Origin: an uncultured cyanobacterium | Lineage (GTDB): Bacteria > Cyanobacteriota > Cyanobacteriia > Pseudanabaenales > Pseudanabaenaceae | NCBI GenBank assembly: GCA_963703315.1 | Contig: OY969811.1 | Coordinates: 1,440,001 to 1,504,000, forward strand | DNA length: 64,000 bases | Direction: 5' to 3' | Shown here: piece after piece, positions 52,275 through 62,820 of the stretch | Numbering within the stretch: position 1 is the stretch's first letter | How the letters are laid out: each line of letters opens with the position of its first letter | Program-made: the position numbers and the translations under genes | The notes under the pieces: model-generated | The model's input: the letters and a program-made list of their open reading frames with translations, nothing else | What the model was told of the DNA's origin: nothing | Databases searched by the model: none

Positions 52275-53795
52275 CTAAACTTTGCCTAAACTAATCCCAA
52301 ATAAATTATTGAGGCGATCGCGTACCCATGACAAAGCCGCATAGTGAGATCTCTGTAATTCCTCCTCATTCAGCAATCCGAGACTAATTAAAACCTGCTG
52401 ACGCTCTGATAATTTCAGAGCAATCTGTTCTCCTAAAGCTTTATGCTCATTTAAAAGTTTTTGCAACTGTTGACGTTCAACGACAAACAGAACTGTATCT
52501 GCCGTTAAGGCTTTAACACTTGCTGTGCGAGGTGTACCCGTTAAGAGGGAAATCTCACCAAAAAATTCTCCTTCCCCTAAGGTCGCGATCGTCTGATTAT
52601 TCTTTTCTGAAAAGACTTCTACAGCTCCAAATAAAATAATGTAGAACTCTTCACTGGGTTCATTTTCTTGGCAAATAATCTGTCCAATATCAAAATGCTT
52701 GCGATATCCCCTAGCAATTAGGGCAAATAATTCCACTTCGGTACATCGTTCAAAATAAGAAATCTTTCTCAGTAAATCGCGGAGATTTTTGCTATTGATT
52801 TCATGGGTAGTTGATGCGATCGCTAATTTGGGAATTTCACTAGCTTTCAAATTTTGTGATTGGGCATTAGCTTCTGGACTTTGTGGATAGAGAACCTGTT
52901 GCAACCCTTCAGGATTACGAACTATGATTTCTCTAGTGGGGAATGGGATACGAATGCCTTTGTCTCTAAATTCGTAAGCAATTCTAAAGTTGAGAGAACT
53001 ACGGATAGGTTCGTTGGCATCAGGATCAGTAATCCAAACAAGTAACTCAAACTCAAGAGATTCTTTACCAAATTGTTGAAACCAAACTTCTGGAGGTGGA
53101 TTGGACAATACACGCGGTTCGTGGCGAGCTGCGGTAAGTAGAGTTTCTGTTAAGACTAATAGATCAGTGTCATAGGCAACACTTACAGGAATATGAATGC
53201 GGCAAGTATGACCTGAATAGCTCCAGTTGACGGTGTTATTTTCGATGAAGCGTTGATTTGGCACGATCACAAATAAATCATCTTCAGTCCGAATAATTGT
53301 GGAGCGAATAGAAATTTTTTCAATTGTGCCTTTAAGTTCACCAATCTCAACGTAGTCACCAATTTTGATGGTTTGCTCAAAAAGTAAGACTAGCCCACTA
53401 ATAAAATTGCTGGCAATATTTTGTAAACCAAAGCCAATTCCAATTCCCACTACCCCTGCGATTACAGCTAGGGAACTGAGGTTAATCCCAGCCGTTTGTA
53501 AAATAATTACACTGCTAATCGTGATTAATACATATTTGATAAATATAGTAATAGCTTCTTGGAGTCCCCAATTAATGCGAAATCGGGTGAGAAGCGATCG
53601 CCGCAGGATTTCACTTACCAGTTTTGACACAAAAAATGCCAGAACAATCAGTCCTAGCAACATAGCGATCGAGGCGATCGAAAACTTAGCTCCTCCAATA
53701 TCTAAAATTTGGGCTGTGAAGATTTCATATAATTTTGTTAATACAACATCCATTTTGCGTTTATTTCTCCACAACCATGTCGTACTTTGTAGCAA
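52275..53795 (-). CDS. MscS mechanosensitive channel with C-terminal cNMP-binding domain
   Basis: GFGLQNIASNFISG, IPFP; FFGEISLL...PRTASV. Start may be ATG 53753. Confidence 0.9.
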   Translation of the reverse strand: MLQSTTWLWRNKRKMDVVLTKLYEIFTAQILDIGGAKFSIASIAMLLGLIVLAFFVSKLVSEILRRSLLTRFRINWGLQEAITIFIKYVLITISSVIILQTAGINLSSLAVIAGVVGIGIGFGLQNIASNFISGLVLLFEQTIKIGDYVEIGELKGTIEKISIRSTIIRTEDDLFVIVPNQRFIENNTVNWSYSGHTCRIHIPVSVAYDTDLLVLTETLLTAARHEPRVLSNPPPEVWFQQFGKESLEFELLVWITDPDANEPIRSSLNFRIAYEFRDKGIRIPFPTREIIVRNPEGLQQVLYPQSPEANAQSQNLKASEIPKLAIASTTHEINSKNLRDLLRKISYFERCTEVELFALIARGYRKHFDIGQIICQENEPSEEFYIILFGAVEVFSEKNNQTIATLGEGEFFGEISLLTGTPRTASVKALTADTVLFVVERQQLQKLLNEHKALGEQIALKLSERQQVLISLGLLNEEELQRSHYAALSWVRDRLNNLFGISLGKV

Positions 53796-53902
53796 CCCAG
53801 TAAGTTTTTTTAATCAAAAAAAATGGCAATGCCATTTTTTTTGATTTTTCTTATATAGTTGCCTTTAACTTACTTGCTTGCAAAATGCTTTAGCTTCGTA
53901 AT

Positions 53903-54970
53903 CTACTTCTGTATTTTATAAACTACTGTAGCAGTTGCGTTGGGAATTTCTGATGTTTTGAGTTTGACATTGATTTTGCCTAAACCCTCCATAGTTCCAA
54001 TCCACACCTGTTGATCATGAACTAGCAAATTAATCACTGAGCTACTAGGTAAGTTATAGATGGATGATGTAATTGCTCCATTGTAAGTATTAGCAAGTAC
54101 CAAACCGTCTCTCATACCAATCCATAGTTCGCCATTTTTATTACTTGCTAGAGCTACAATGTCGCGACCTGTTACAGGATTAATCCGAGCGATCGCCTTA
54201 TTGTTTTTAGGATTAATTTCAATTACGTTGCGGGGTGTGCCTGCCCAGATTTTGCCTGACGGTTCAACAGCAAGGGCTTGGACAATTTGACCTGAAACAA
54301 AAGGAATCTGGGCAGTAATTTTGGCTGTCCCAGGATTAATTTTAATTAAGCCATTTAATGTCCCGACCCAAAGATTGCCAGCGAGATCAATTTGCATAAC
54401 ATTAGCGGCTGTCCCCGGAATATTAGGCAGTCGCGCATAGGTTTCGGAATTGAAAGGACTGATCCTTGTAATTCCTTGATCGGTTCCTACCCAAATAAAA
54501 CCTGCGCGATCGATCGCTAAACTCAAAATTCGACTGGAAGATAGTTGGATCGCAATATTTTCGATTTTGCCTGAGTCAGGGTCGATCTGGTACAAGCCTG
54601 AAGTTGTACCGACCCAGAAAAAGCCACGATTGTCTTCTAATAATGCGGTGATTGTGGAATTTGGTAATGACATGGAGGCGATCGCCGATCCTGTGCGTCG
54701 ATCCAGTTGAATCAATCCTTGCCAAGTCCCAACCCAAAATCTACCCTGACTATCAACTAAGGTGCAGCTAATCCGACCATCTAAACTCGTTGATGGTGTG
54801 CGGGCAATAAGACTATGAGCATTTGTGAACTGTGGCAAAACTTCCGCAGCGATCGCGCTGACCACAGGCAAGCTGGCTAGGGTACTAACCGCTAGACTTA
54901 GGGAAATTTTAGCTAATGAGCTTGATATTGAATTTGATCTAACTTTCGTTGTGAACATCCTTACCACCAT
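53903..54970 (-). CDS. Secreted beta-propeller protein (two-component regulator propeller-like)
   Basis: Signal peptide plus about 7 D..G.(F/L)WVGT..GL repeats. Confidence 0.8.
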   Translation of the reverse strand: MVVRMFTTKVRSNSISSSLAKISLSLAVSTLASLPVVSAIAAEVLPQFTNAHSLIARTPSTSLDGRISCTLVDSQGRFWVGTWQGLIQLDRRTGSAIASMSLPNSTITALLEDNRGFFWVGTTSGLYQIDPDSGKIENIAIQLSSSRILSLAIDRAGFIWVGTDQGITRISPFNSETYARLPNIPGTAANVMQIDLAGNLWVGTLNGLIKINPGTAKITAQIPFVSGQIVQALAVEPSGKIWAGTPRNVIEINPKNNKAIARINPVTGRDIVALASNKNGELWIGMRDGLVLANTYNGAITSSIYNLPSSSVINLLVHDQQVWIGTMEGLGKINVKLKTSEIPNATATVVYKIQK

Positions 54971-55038
54971 AATCCAGATGCTTATGAACCCTTTTTAAGG
55001 GTCAGATATTAGCACAACATGAGTTAAATATGGTGACT

Positions 55039-56184
55039 TTAGGGTTTAGGTGCTGGTTGAGTGGGCGGCGGCACAGGTATCTCAGGTTGGACAGGCTGAG
55101 GTGGTGGCTCTAAGGGGGCAGGTTGTTGGGGCGGTGGCTCGATGGGAGTTGCTACAGGATTAGTAGTTATAGGTGCAGGTTCAACGACTTGGGTGGGGGC
55201 GCGTTGAGGTGTAACCGTCGTAGCAGCAGGAATAGGATCGTTTGACCTCGTAGAATTTGGCGATGTCGTTTCTGGTGCTTTCGCGGCAGTTGGCTCTTCC
55301 CGTCTAGGTTGTTCTACAGGTCTGTCGCGGCGATCGCTATCGGCAGAGCCTGAAGTGTAAGTTACTTTAGAATTGTTATTTTCTTTAGGAGTAGCTGGTA
55401 AGTCCGAACGACGGAACTGGATGGTACTTGCTTCCTTGACCGTTGAGGTTACCCCGAACTCTGAGGTGATTTGCGATAGGCTAGCCAACTGCGTGCTAAA
55501 TCCAAAAATTAGAGAATTATTAGCGATACGTTTATCAATGGTTTCTTTGTCAATGCGTTTTGGTGCAGAAGCTTTACCATCAGCTTTAATCCTAATTTCT
55601 TCGCCCTTACCGATGGTCACCACTTCTGAGGTACTTTTTAACAAAACGTTAACAGTGCCATCTAGAGCAATTACCCGCCGCTCTTCAGCAGCCTTGGCGG
55701 GTATTTCGAGATATACAGTGCCATCATTACTAGAAATTTCGCCAAAGGGAGTTTGGACTAAGGCTGGGGCTTTGCGATCGCTTGCTGCCCATGCGACTAA
55801 ACGCCCAGAAGTAAACTCAACTTGGTTTTGAGGTTTGAGGGTTAAGCTCGAATTGCCCCCAATTCTGATGATTGCCCCACTGCGTAAGGAGATTTGAGCG
55901 GTTGAAGATTCTTCAGTACTGACACTTTCATTAACCTTGAGCGGCACACCGACGGTTGCAGGTCTTGCGGATGCAGCATTCAAGTATCTCACTCGTACAG
56001 GATAGCTACGAATTTCACTAATTTCGGCGATCGCTTCTGTTGGTAAAGCCTCAGAGCTAAAGGGTTTAGCAGGCTGACTGATCGTACAACTAGGCAGCGT
56101 TATTGCTGTCAGAAATAAGATCAGAAGAGGCGCGTATTTTCCAAAAGAGCGCCCAGAGATTTTGAGTAACTGCCAAAGCTGCAT
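55039..56184 (-). CDS. FecR-domain lipoprotein with Pro-rich tail
   Basis: TLPSC lipobox, IIRIGGNSSL, VQTPFG; C-terminal proline-rich region. Confidence 0.75.
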   Translation of the reverse strand: MQLWQLLKISGRSFGKYAPLLILFLTAITLPSCTISQPAKPFSSEALPTEAIAEISEIRSYPVRVRYLNAASARPATVGVPLKVNESVSTEESSTAQISLRSGAIIRIGGNSSLTLKPQNQVEFTSGRLVAWAASDRKAPALVQTPFGEISSNDGTVYLEIPAKAAEERRVIALDGTVNVLLKSTSEVVTIGKGEEIRIKADGKASAPKRIDKETIDKRIANNSLIFGFSTQLASLSQITSEFGVTSTVKEASTIQFRRSDLPATPKENNNSKVTYTSGSADSDRRDRPVEQPRREEPTAAKAPETTSPNSTRSNDPIPAATTVTPQRAPTQVVEPAPITTNPVATPIEPPPQQPAPLEPPPQPVQPEIPVPPPTQPAPKP

Positions 56185-56340
56185 CGTAAATTTTTTGTAG
56201 AGTCTACAAATCCAGTTTTTTCGCTATACTAGAAAGTCTGGTTAAAACCGTAACTTCTAATGTATCTATATTAGTTCTAACATCGTTGTTTGACCATAGT
56301 TAGTAGTAATTCTCATAATGATTAATGAAAGTTTGCTGAT

Positions 56341-56443
56341 TAGTAGCTCAGCATAAGTAAACTTAAAACCTAGAAGCTTGTGCCGCCCGCTACGCGGGCG
56401 GCACAAGCTCTGATTTTGGGTTGTAACTATGTTGAGCTAGGTA
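56341..56443. repeat. MITE/REP-like element family B
   Basis: gcttgtgccgcccgc-tac-gcgggcggcacaagc core with tagtagctcagc...gagctaggta ends. Confidence 0.8.
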
Positions 56444-56495
56444 GTCTACTTTCATAGATCTCAATTATCTTTAAACGAGTAAGAGTCAAAAGCAC

Positions 56496-56957
56496 ATGGC
56501 AAAGAGTAATTTGCAGGTCATGCTGACCAAAAATGTTACAAAATTAGGTAAACTTGGCGATTTAGTATCCGTTGCGCCTGGTTATGCTCAAAATTTCCTC
56601 ATACCTCAAGGTATGGCTATCCGCGCCACCACAGGTGTTGTTAAAGAAGTTGAAAGACGTAAAGAAGTTGAGCGTCAACGCTTGATCGCGATTCGTCAAG
56701 AAGCTGAAAGCCGTAAGACTGCGCTTTCGACCATCGGCGGCTTTATTATTAAGAAAAAAGTCGGTGAAGGTAATGCGATTTTCGGTACTGTGACCGATCG
56801 CGAAGTTGCTCAATTGATTACCGCAAAGTCGATGTTAGAAATCGATCACCGCGACATTACGATTCCTGAAATTAATCAAACAGGTACTTATGATGTGTCG
56901 ATCAAGCTTCATGCTGAAGTTACGGCAACTATCAAAGTTCAAGTTATTCCTGAATAA
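56496..56957 (+). CDS. rplI: 50S ribosomal protein L9
   Basis: LGKLGDLVSVAPGYAQNFLIPQG, IFGTVT. Confidence 0.97.
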   Translation: MAKSNLQVMLTKNVTKLGKLGDLVSVAPGYAQNFLIPQGMAIRATTGVVKEVERRKEVERQRLIAIRQEAESRKTALSTIGGFIIKKKVGEGNAIFGTVTDREVAQLITAKSMLEIDHRDITIPEINQTGTYDVSIKLHAEVTATIKVQVIPE

Positions 56958-57017
56958 TTTCAAAAAAGCAGTGCTTTTTTATGGCAAGGGGCTTAAGCCC
57001 CTTGTTTATTTTTTTCC

Positions 57018-58049
57018 TTATTTTGTTGTACTTTTGGCGAGTTCTACGGCTAAGGCGATCGCCTCGATCATACTGGCAGGATCAGCAATGCCCTTACCTG
57101 CAATATCAAAGGCAGTACCATGATCGGGGGATGTTCTGACAAAAGGTAGTCCAATCGTGGTATTCACAGCCCGATCAAAGGCTAACAGCTTGACGGGAAT
57201 TAACCCTTGATCGTGGTACATGGCGAGATAGGCATCATAGCCAAGCCCTACCCGATCGCGATCGCGCCAAGCCTTCGCAGGATTGACCCACATCGTATCG
57301 GGCGGGATCGGATTGGTAAGCTGCACATAAGGATGTTGTTGGCGATAGCGATCGATTAATGGTTGTAACCAATCAAGTTCTTCGCGTCCTAGTTGACCCT
57401 GTTCACCGCTATGGGGATTGATTCCTGCGATCGCAATTCGTGGATTACTAATCCCAAAATCCTCTAGTAGAGATCGGCGCAATAATTCTAATTTCTGCTC
57501 GATTAATGCAGGATTTAGCTGCTTCGTGACTTCACTTAAAGGGATATGCACCGTTGCTAGCAAAGCCCGTAACACCCAATCCGTATGGGGCGATTTGCCC
57601 ACAAATAACATTCCAAAATCATCAACTTGGCTACGCTCAGCTAACAATTCAGTTTGTCCTGCATAGTGATGTCCTGCTTGATGCCACAAGGATTTGGCGA
57701 TCGGACTCGTGACGATCGCCGCAAATTTCCCCTCTAATGTCTGAGCGATCGCGGTATCTAGGTAAGCAAAACTAGCGGCTCCACTGGCTTTATTGCCTGT
57801 ACCTAACATAATTTCGCTATTAGTGGGAATATCCACAATCTCTAACTTTTGGGGATCGGCAATTGGTAAGTTGCTATGCTGTTTTAATAAGCTATAAGTT
57901 TCCATAAGATATCGGTGATCGCCAAACACCGTAAACTCAGCATCTAAAGCAACTATAGCGGGATCGGCAAGAGACTTTAGAATGATTTCCGTCCCGATTC
58001 CTGTGGGATCACCTATAGTGAGAGCTATTCGATTTTTAGAATTGTTCAT
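57018..58049 (-). CDS. pdxA: 4-hydroxythreonine-4-phosphate dehydrogenase
   Basis: [38 protein letters not shown]. Confidence 0.97.
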   Translation of the reverse strand: MNNSKNRIALTIGDPTGIGTEIILKSLADPAIVALDAEFTVFGDHRYLMETYSLLKQHSNLPIADPQKLEIVDIPTNSEIMLGTGNKASGAASFAYLDTAIAQTLEGKFAAIVTSPIAKSLWHQAGHHYAGQTELLAERSQVDDFGMLFVGKSPHTDWVLRALLATVHIPLSEVTKQLNPALIEQKLELLRRSLLEDFGISNPRIAIAGINPHSGEQGQLGREELDWLQPLIDRYRQQHPYVQLTNPIPPDTMWVNPAKAWRDRDRVGLGYDAYLAMYHDQGLIPVKLLAFDRAVNTTIGLPFVRTSPDHGTAFDIAGKGIADPASMIEAIALAVELAKSTTK

Positions 58050-58135
58050 TTTAAGTAATTTGCCAAATTCTCCAAAAGTTTAGTCCACGCGATAAGATCG
58101 TAATTCGCCTTTAGCCCTCTTGATCACAACCAACA

Positions 58136-59599
58136 ATGTCTGTTGATATTTCCTTAGAAACACTCTGGAATCAAGTCCTCGAACTTCTTGAAAGCCAACT
58201 TAGCCGCCCTACATACGAAGGATGGATCAAGACCGTTGTGGCTGATGAGCTTACGGCTGACCGCTTGACGATTCGCACGCCCTCAGTTTTTGCAAAAAAC
58301 TGGCTGCATAAATATTATGTTCAGAATATTACCGATGCCGTTACCGAAATTTTAGGCTATCCCGTAGAAATCCACATTGAGGCGGCTCCCAGTGCTGAGG
58401 TAACCAGTGGGCAACCTGAGTTAAATCTGGAGCTAGATAGCAATGAAGCTAGTCAAGATGGGATGTTAGAAACAGCGATCGCGGCTGAGGCTGTGCAAGC
58501 AATGGCGGCGGCAATCCCGACCAGCAATACTCAAAACCATACCGAAACCAATGGCACTGCACCGCGTCCTAGCAATCTCAATCCGAAGTACAATTTCAAT
58601 CGCTTTGTAGTTGGTTCGACAAATCGCATGGCTCATGCGGCAGCACTAGCAGTATCAGAGCTACCCGGTCGCGAGTTTAATCCTTTATTTTTATGCGGTG
58701 GTGTGGGCTTAGGTAAAACGCATCTGATGCAAGCGATCGCCCATTACCGTCTGGAAATCGAGCCAAAGGCACGCATTGCCTATGTTTCCACTGAGCAGTT
58801 TACCAATGATTTGATTTCGGCAATTCGCAAAGACAGTATGCAAAGATTTCGGGAGCTATATCGCGAAATCGATATGCTAATTGTTGATGATATTCAGTTT
58901 ATCGAGGGTAAGGAATATACCCAAGAAGAGTTTTTCCATACTTTTAATACGCTGTACGAAACAGGTAAACAAATCGTACTAGCAAGCGATCGCCCACCTG
59001 CTCAGATTCCCCGTTTACAAGAACGTCTTTGCTCGCGTTTCTCAATGGGATTGATTGCCGATATCCAAGTTCCTGATCTAGAAACCCGCATGGCAATTTT
59101 GCAAAAGAAAGCCGAATATGATCATCTGAAAATTCCTACTGATGTACTACATTACATTGCTGCCAGTTACACTTCCAATATTCGGGAATTGGAAGGAGCA
59201 TTAGTCAGAACCGTTGCCTATATCTCTATTTCAGGATTACCGATGACAGTAGAGAATGTCGCGCCCGTTCTCAATCCGCCCAAAGAACCAGTGGAAGTAT
59301 CGGCAGAGATGGTTTTGAGTGTGGTTACGGAAACACTGAATATTGATCTGGCGGATTTACTAGGCAATTCGCGCCGCAGAGAAATTAGCCAAGCCCGACA
59401 ATATGTGATGTATCTGATGCGTCAGCATACTAATCTCAGTTTGCCCAAAATCGGTGAAGCGGTAGGGGGCAAAGATCATACAACAGTGATGTATAGCTGC
59501 GAAAAGGTCGCGCAATTACAATCTACTGATGGTGATATTGCTCAGTTGTTGAGGCAATTAAGCGATCGCATCTACTTCATTGCTCAATCCAAAAACTAG
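58136..59599 (+). CDS. dnaA: Chromosomal replication initiator DnaA
   Basis: [32 protein letters not shown]. Confidence 0.98.
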   Translation: MSVDISLETLWNQVLELLESQLSRPTYEGWIKTVVADELTADRLTIRTPSVFAKNWLHKYYVQNITDAVTEILGYPVEIHIEAAPSAEVTSGQPELNLELDSNEASQDGMLETAIAAEAVQAMAAAIPTSNTQNHTETNGTAPRPSNLNPKYNFNRFVVGSTNRMAHAAALAVSELPGREFNPLFLCGGVGLGKTHLMQAIAHYRLEIEPKARIAYVSTEQFTNDLISAIRKDSMQRFRELYREIDMLIVDDIQFIEGKEYTQEEFFHTFNTLYETGKQIVLASDRPPAQIPRLQERLCSRFSMGLIADIQVPDLETRMAILQKKAEYDHLKIPTDVLHYIAASYTSNIRELEGALVRTVAYISISGLPMTVENVAPVLNPPKEPVEVSAEMVLSVVTETLNIDLADLLGNSRRREISQARQYVMYLMRQHTNLSLPKIGEAVGGKDHTTVMYSCEKVAQLQSTDGDIAQLLRQLSDRIYFIAQSKN

Positions 59600-59611
59600 C
59601 TAAAAATTAGT

Positions 59612-60142
59612 ATGGCTGCTCCCTTACCCATTGGCTTCCCATCTCCCACACCTCATGACATCATCGAAGTCAAGCAATATCCTGCCTATCGTTCAGGTAC
59701 ATACACCTATGAGGGGGATTTTAGTCAAGCAACTCGCTATTCCTTCAATCCTCTATTTCAACATATTAGTAGCAATAATATTGCCATGACTACACCTGTG
59801 GAGGCTCGTTATCCAGCTTCGACAATTGATCAACCAATGCAACAGGGAAAAGTAAAAGTCTCTTTTTTGTATAACAATAACGCCATCAGTCCACAGCAAA
59901 TATCACCAGACATTCAAGTAGAAGATCATGCACCAATGTTAGTTGTGAGTTTAGGAATACAGGGAGCTTATGGTTATGAGAGCTATCAAGGACATATTGA
60001 GAAGTTAAAGAATTGGCTAGCCAATCATCCCGAATATGAAATTGCAGGAGAGCCAAGAGAATTTCTCTACGATTCGCCTTATACTCCTGCACCATTAAAA
60101 CGCCGCGAAGTTCAGATTCCTATTCGTAAATCTAGCCAGTAG
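59612..60142 (+). CDS. SOUL heme-binding family protein
   Basis: IEVKQYP, FNPLFQHI, IAMTTPV, YDSPYTP...RREV. Confidence 0.85.
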   Translation: MAAPLPIGFPSPTPHDIIEVKQYPAYRSGTYTYEGDFSQATRYSFNPLFQHISSNNIAMTTPVEARYPASTIDQPMQQGKVKVSFLYNNNAISPQQISPDIQVEDHAPMLVVSLGIQGAYGYESYQGHIEKLKNWLANHPEYEIAGEPREFLYDSPYTPAPLKRREVQIPIRKSSQ

Positions 60143-60157
60143 TTGGGTAAGATCAAC

Positions 60158-60374
60158 TAAGTAGCTCAGCATAGTTAAAACCCAAAACCAGAGCTTGTGC
60201 CGCCCGCTACGCGGGCGGCACAAGTTTCTAGGTTTTAAGTTTACTTATATAGCTGTAGTCAGTTATGTTAGGACAAAACCAAAACCCAAAAGAGAGTTGC
60301 GGCGCGAAGCGCCGCAACTCTCTTTTGGGTTTTATGTCTTAACGTGCTTGGCTATGGCTATACCTAGCTACTTA
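60158..60374. repeat. Nested elements: family B interrupted by family C (60248..60362) at a TA
   Basis: Removing TATAGC...GCTATA restores the family B end tttacttatacctagctactta. Confidence 0.8.
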
Positions 60375-61967
60375 GCTAACTACAAGATTTAAGGCGATCG
60401 CATCTTTAATACGCTGAATCACAAAATCTTTGTCTAAATAGGAAAGCAAACTACCAGCCTTAGGTCCACGCTCTTTATTTAAGAACGTGTAGTAGACTGC
60501 TGCAAAGGCATTCTTCTGAGAAATTTCCACTTGCTTGGAAGTACTAAACAATAGAGTTTGCAGTTCTTCACCTTCCCAATTAAGATCACCAGCGAGATTA
60601 GTTGCTAATGCTTTCAGATAAGTTACTTGCTCGGCGGTGAGGGTTTTTGCTTTTTCAGGAATCGAGTCGAGATAGAGAACTAGTTTTTCTTCTTCATCGG
60701 CATAGTCTTGCAGCCATTTCTTACCAACACGAATGCGATCGCGTACCACTTCCCAGTCGCGATCGCTGAGTGGATTCGCACTTCTAGCCACAATTTCGGC
60801 TTCAAGATCGAGGTGAGGGATTTGTAATAAAGAAATCAAGGTGCTGAAGTCAAAAGCTTGATAACCTTCCACTTTCTCATCCAGATTCAATTGCGAATAA
60901 ATGAGAGGTACTAATTCTTCTTGAGCCTTCTCATCTTTGACCGTATCTGCTTGATATTTATCAATCAAAGTGTCGTAGTCACGGAACAGGCGTGTCACTG
61001 TCTCATAGTTAGGCATGAAATTAATCACGCTACGAGGCTGTGTCCGCAACATCAAGAAGCGTAGTAATTCAGGTGGTAACAGATCCGCAATTTCTTTCGC
61101 ACTAGAACCAACACCTTTAGAAGAACTCATCTTGGTTCCATTTACCAAGATAAACTCGTAAGGTGCATGGGTGGGTGGATTCTTCTTCAAAACTTTGCGG
61201 CAAATGGAATTAGCGACATCACGGGAACCACCTTTTTGAGAGTGATCCTTACCAGCGAGTTCAATCGACACGCCAACAACTTCCCATTTAGCAACCCATT
61301 CCACTTTCCAAGGCAATTTACCATTACCATCAAAGGGTGACATCCAACCTGTATGACCGCAACCCTTGACATATTCCATTGCATTGGGTTGACAGGTGTA
61401 GAACACTTTGCCATCTTGGTAATCAGTGACAACTGTAGTTGCGATTTTGCCGCAGTTCTCGCAAATGGTTTGGAAAGGATACCAATTTGAGGGGCGATCG
61501 GCTTTGCTGATTTCTTTATAGGATTCGCGGACGAGATGAGCGTTATTTAAGAACAAATCAATGTATGAGTTCATTTTGCCAGAACGATAGAGATCGCGCA
61601 GGTAATAAATTTCGGGACGCACACCTAAATGCTCGAATACTTCCAGAAATTCGCCCATGAAGTATTTGGCGTAATCAGTGGCTACTGTCTCATCAGGTGA
61701 AGGAACATTGCAGAGAGGCTGTCCTAGATAGGGTGCAAATTTGGCTTGATCTAAATAATGGGGTACGGTGTCGAGTGCGTCATAGTCATCAACACCGTAG
61801 GTAAAGGTAACGGGTTTACCTGCGTGTTTGAGGGCGCGATAGATCGCATCGTGAATCACAACCCCGCGCAAAGAGCCGACATGGACGCGCCCAGAGGGGG
61901 TTTTGGAGTCGTTAACTATAATGCGATCGCCGCTTGCATCTGCTGCAAATTTATCCGCCCAAAACAT
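60372..61967 (-). CDS. lysS: Lysine--tRNA ligase, class I
   Basis: MFWAD, TPSGRVHVGSLRG (HIGH-like), CENCG, GKLPWKVEW, GKDH, KMSSSKG, GPKAG; likely start ATG 61967. Confidence 0.93.
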   Translation of the reverse strand: MFWADKFAADASGDRIIVNDSKTPSGRVHVGSLRGVVIHDAIYRALKHAGKPVTFTYGVDDYDALDTVPHYLDQAKFAPYLGQPLCNVPSPDETVATDYAKYFMGEFLEVFEHLGVRPEIYYLRDLYRSGKMNSYIDLFLNNAHLVRESYKEISKADRPSNWYPFQTICENCGKIATTVVTDYQDGKVFYTCQPNAMEYVKGCGHTGWMSPFDGNGKLPWKVEWVAKWEVVGVSIELAGKDHSQKGGSRDVANSICRKVLKKNPPTHAPYEFILVNGTKMSSSKGVGSSAKEIADLLPPELLRFLMLRTQPRSVINFMPNYETVTRLFRDYDTLIDKYQADTVKDEKAQEELVPLIYSQLNLDEKVEGYQAFDFSTLISLLQIPHLDLEAEIVARSANPLSDRDWEVVRDRIRVGKKWLQDYADEEEKLVLYLDSIPEKAKTLTAEQVTYLKALATNLAGDLNWEGEELQTLLFSTSKQVEISQKNAFAAVYYTFLNKERGPKAGSLLSYLDKDFVIQRIKDAIALNLVVS

Positions 61968-62191
61968 AGTGGTAATTATCCGAAAGTCTTTCAAAAGTAT
62001 AAGTGTGGCGCGTAAATTTGCCTATTTAGAAAATTTTGCGCCTTATCTAGTCTAACAGGATTAAATTTTTTCTGACTCCAAATTTTTTCGATCTATAGCT
62101 TTTAAGAGTTGTGAGAGGCTCACAACTCATTTCGGATGGCTTTAGCCCACTGAGATATAATTTAAAGTAGTTCACTTGCTAAGAGTTGTAT

Positions 62192-62794
62192 ATGCTAGAC
62201 AAACGCGACTATACCCTGATCATCGATAAAAGTGGCAGTATGTCAAACACTGACAGAGGCACTAATAAAAGTCGATGGGAAACGGTCAAGGAATCTACGC
62301 TTGCCCTTGCTCGTAAATGCGATCAGCTAGATGCAGACGGGATTACAGTATATTTATTTTCAGGAAAATTCAAGCGTTATGATAATGTCTCGGCAACCAA
62401 AGTCGAGCAGATTTTCCAAGAAAACGATCCGATGGGTGGCACGAATTTGACCGCAGTTTTGCAAGATGCGATTAACAATTTCTTTCAACGTAAAAAAGCT
62501 GGTCAAATTAAATCAGGGGAAACAATTCTGGTGATTACGGATGGAGAGCCAGACGATCGCCGTTCTGTGTTTGAAGTCATTATCGAAGCTACGCGAAAGT
62601 TAAGTTCTGATGCGGAACTTGCTATCTCCTTCATTCAAGTTGGTTCTGATGCCAATGCTACTGATTTCCTCAAGGCTCTAGATGATAAGTTACAGAGTAT
62701 CGGTGCAAATTTTGATATTGTTGACACGATTACTTTGGGTGACATGGAAGATATGACGCTTTCAGAAGTGTTGTTGAGTGCAGTTAATGATTAG
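62192..62794 (+). CDS. von Willebrand factor A domain protein
   Basis: MIDAS motif DKSGS, GGTNL, VITDGEP. Confidence 0.88.
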   Translation: MLDKRDYTLIIDKSGSMSNTDRGTNKSRWETVKESTLALARKCDQLDADGITVYLFSGKFKRYDNVSATKVEQIFQENDPMGGTNLTAVLQDAINNFFQRKKAGQIKSGETILVITDGEPDDRRSVFEVIIEATRKLSSDAELAISFIQVGSDANATDFLKALDDKLQSIGANFDIVDTITLGDMEDMTLSEVLLSAVND

Positions 62795-62820
62795 GTTTTG
62801 ACTCTTTAGGAATCACTCAA

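Noticed and set aside
784..60374. GC-rich palindromic repeats as a CRISPR array
   Set aside because: They are dispersed, with no regular repeat-spacer period and no cas genes.
60195..60392. 65-aa ORF (also 9788..9976 and 35342..35545)
   Set aside because: Made largely of repeat-element sequence.
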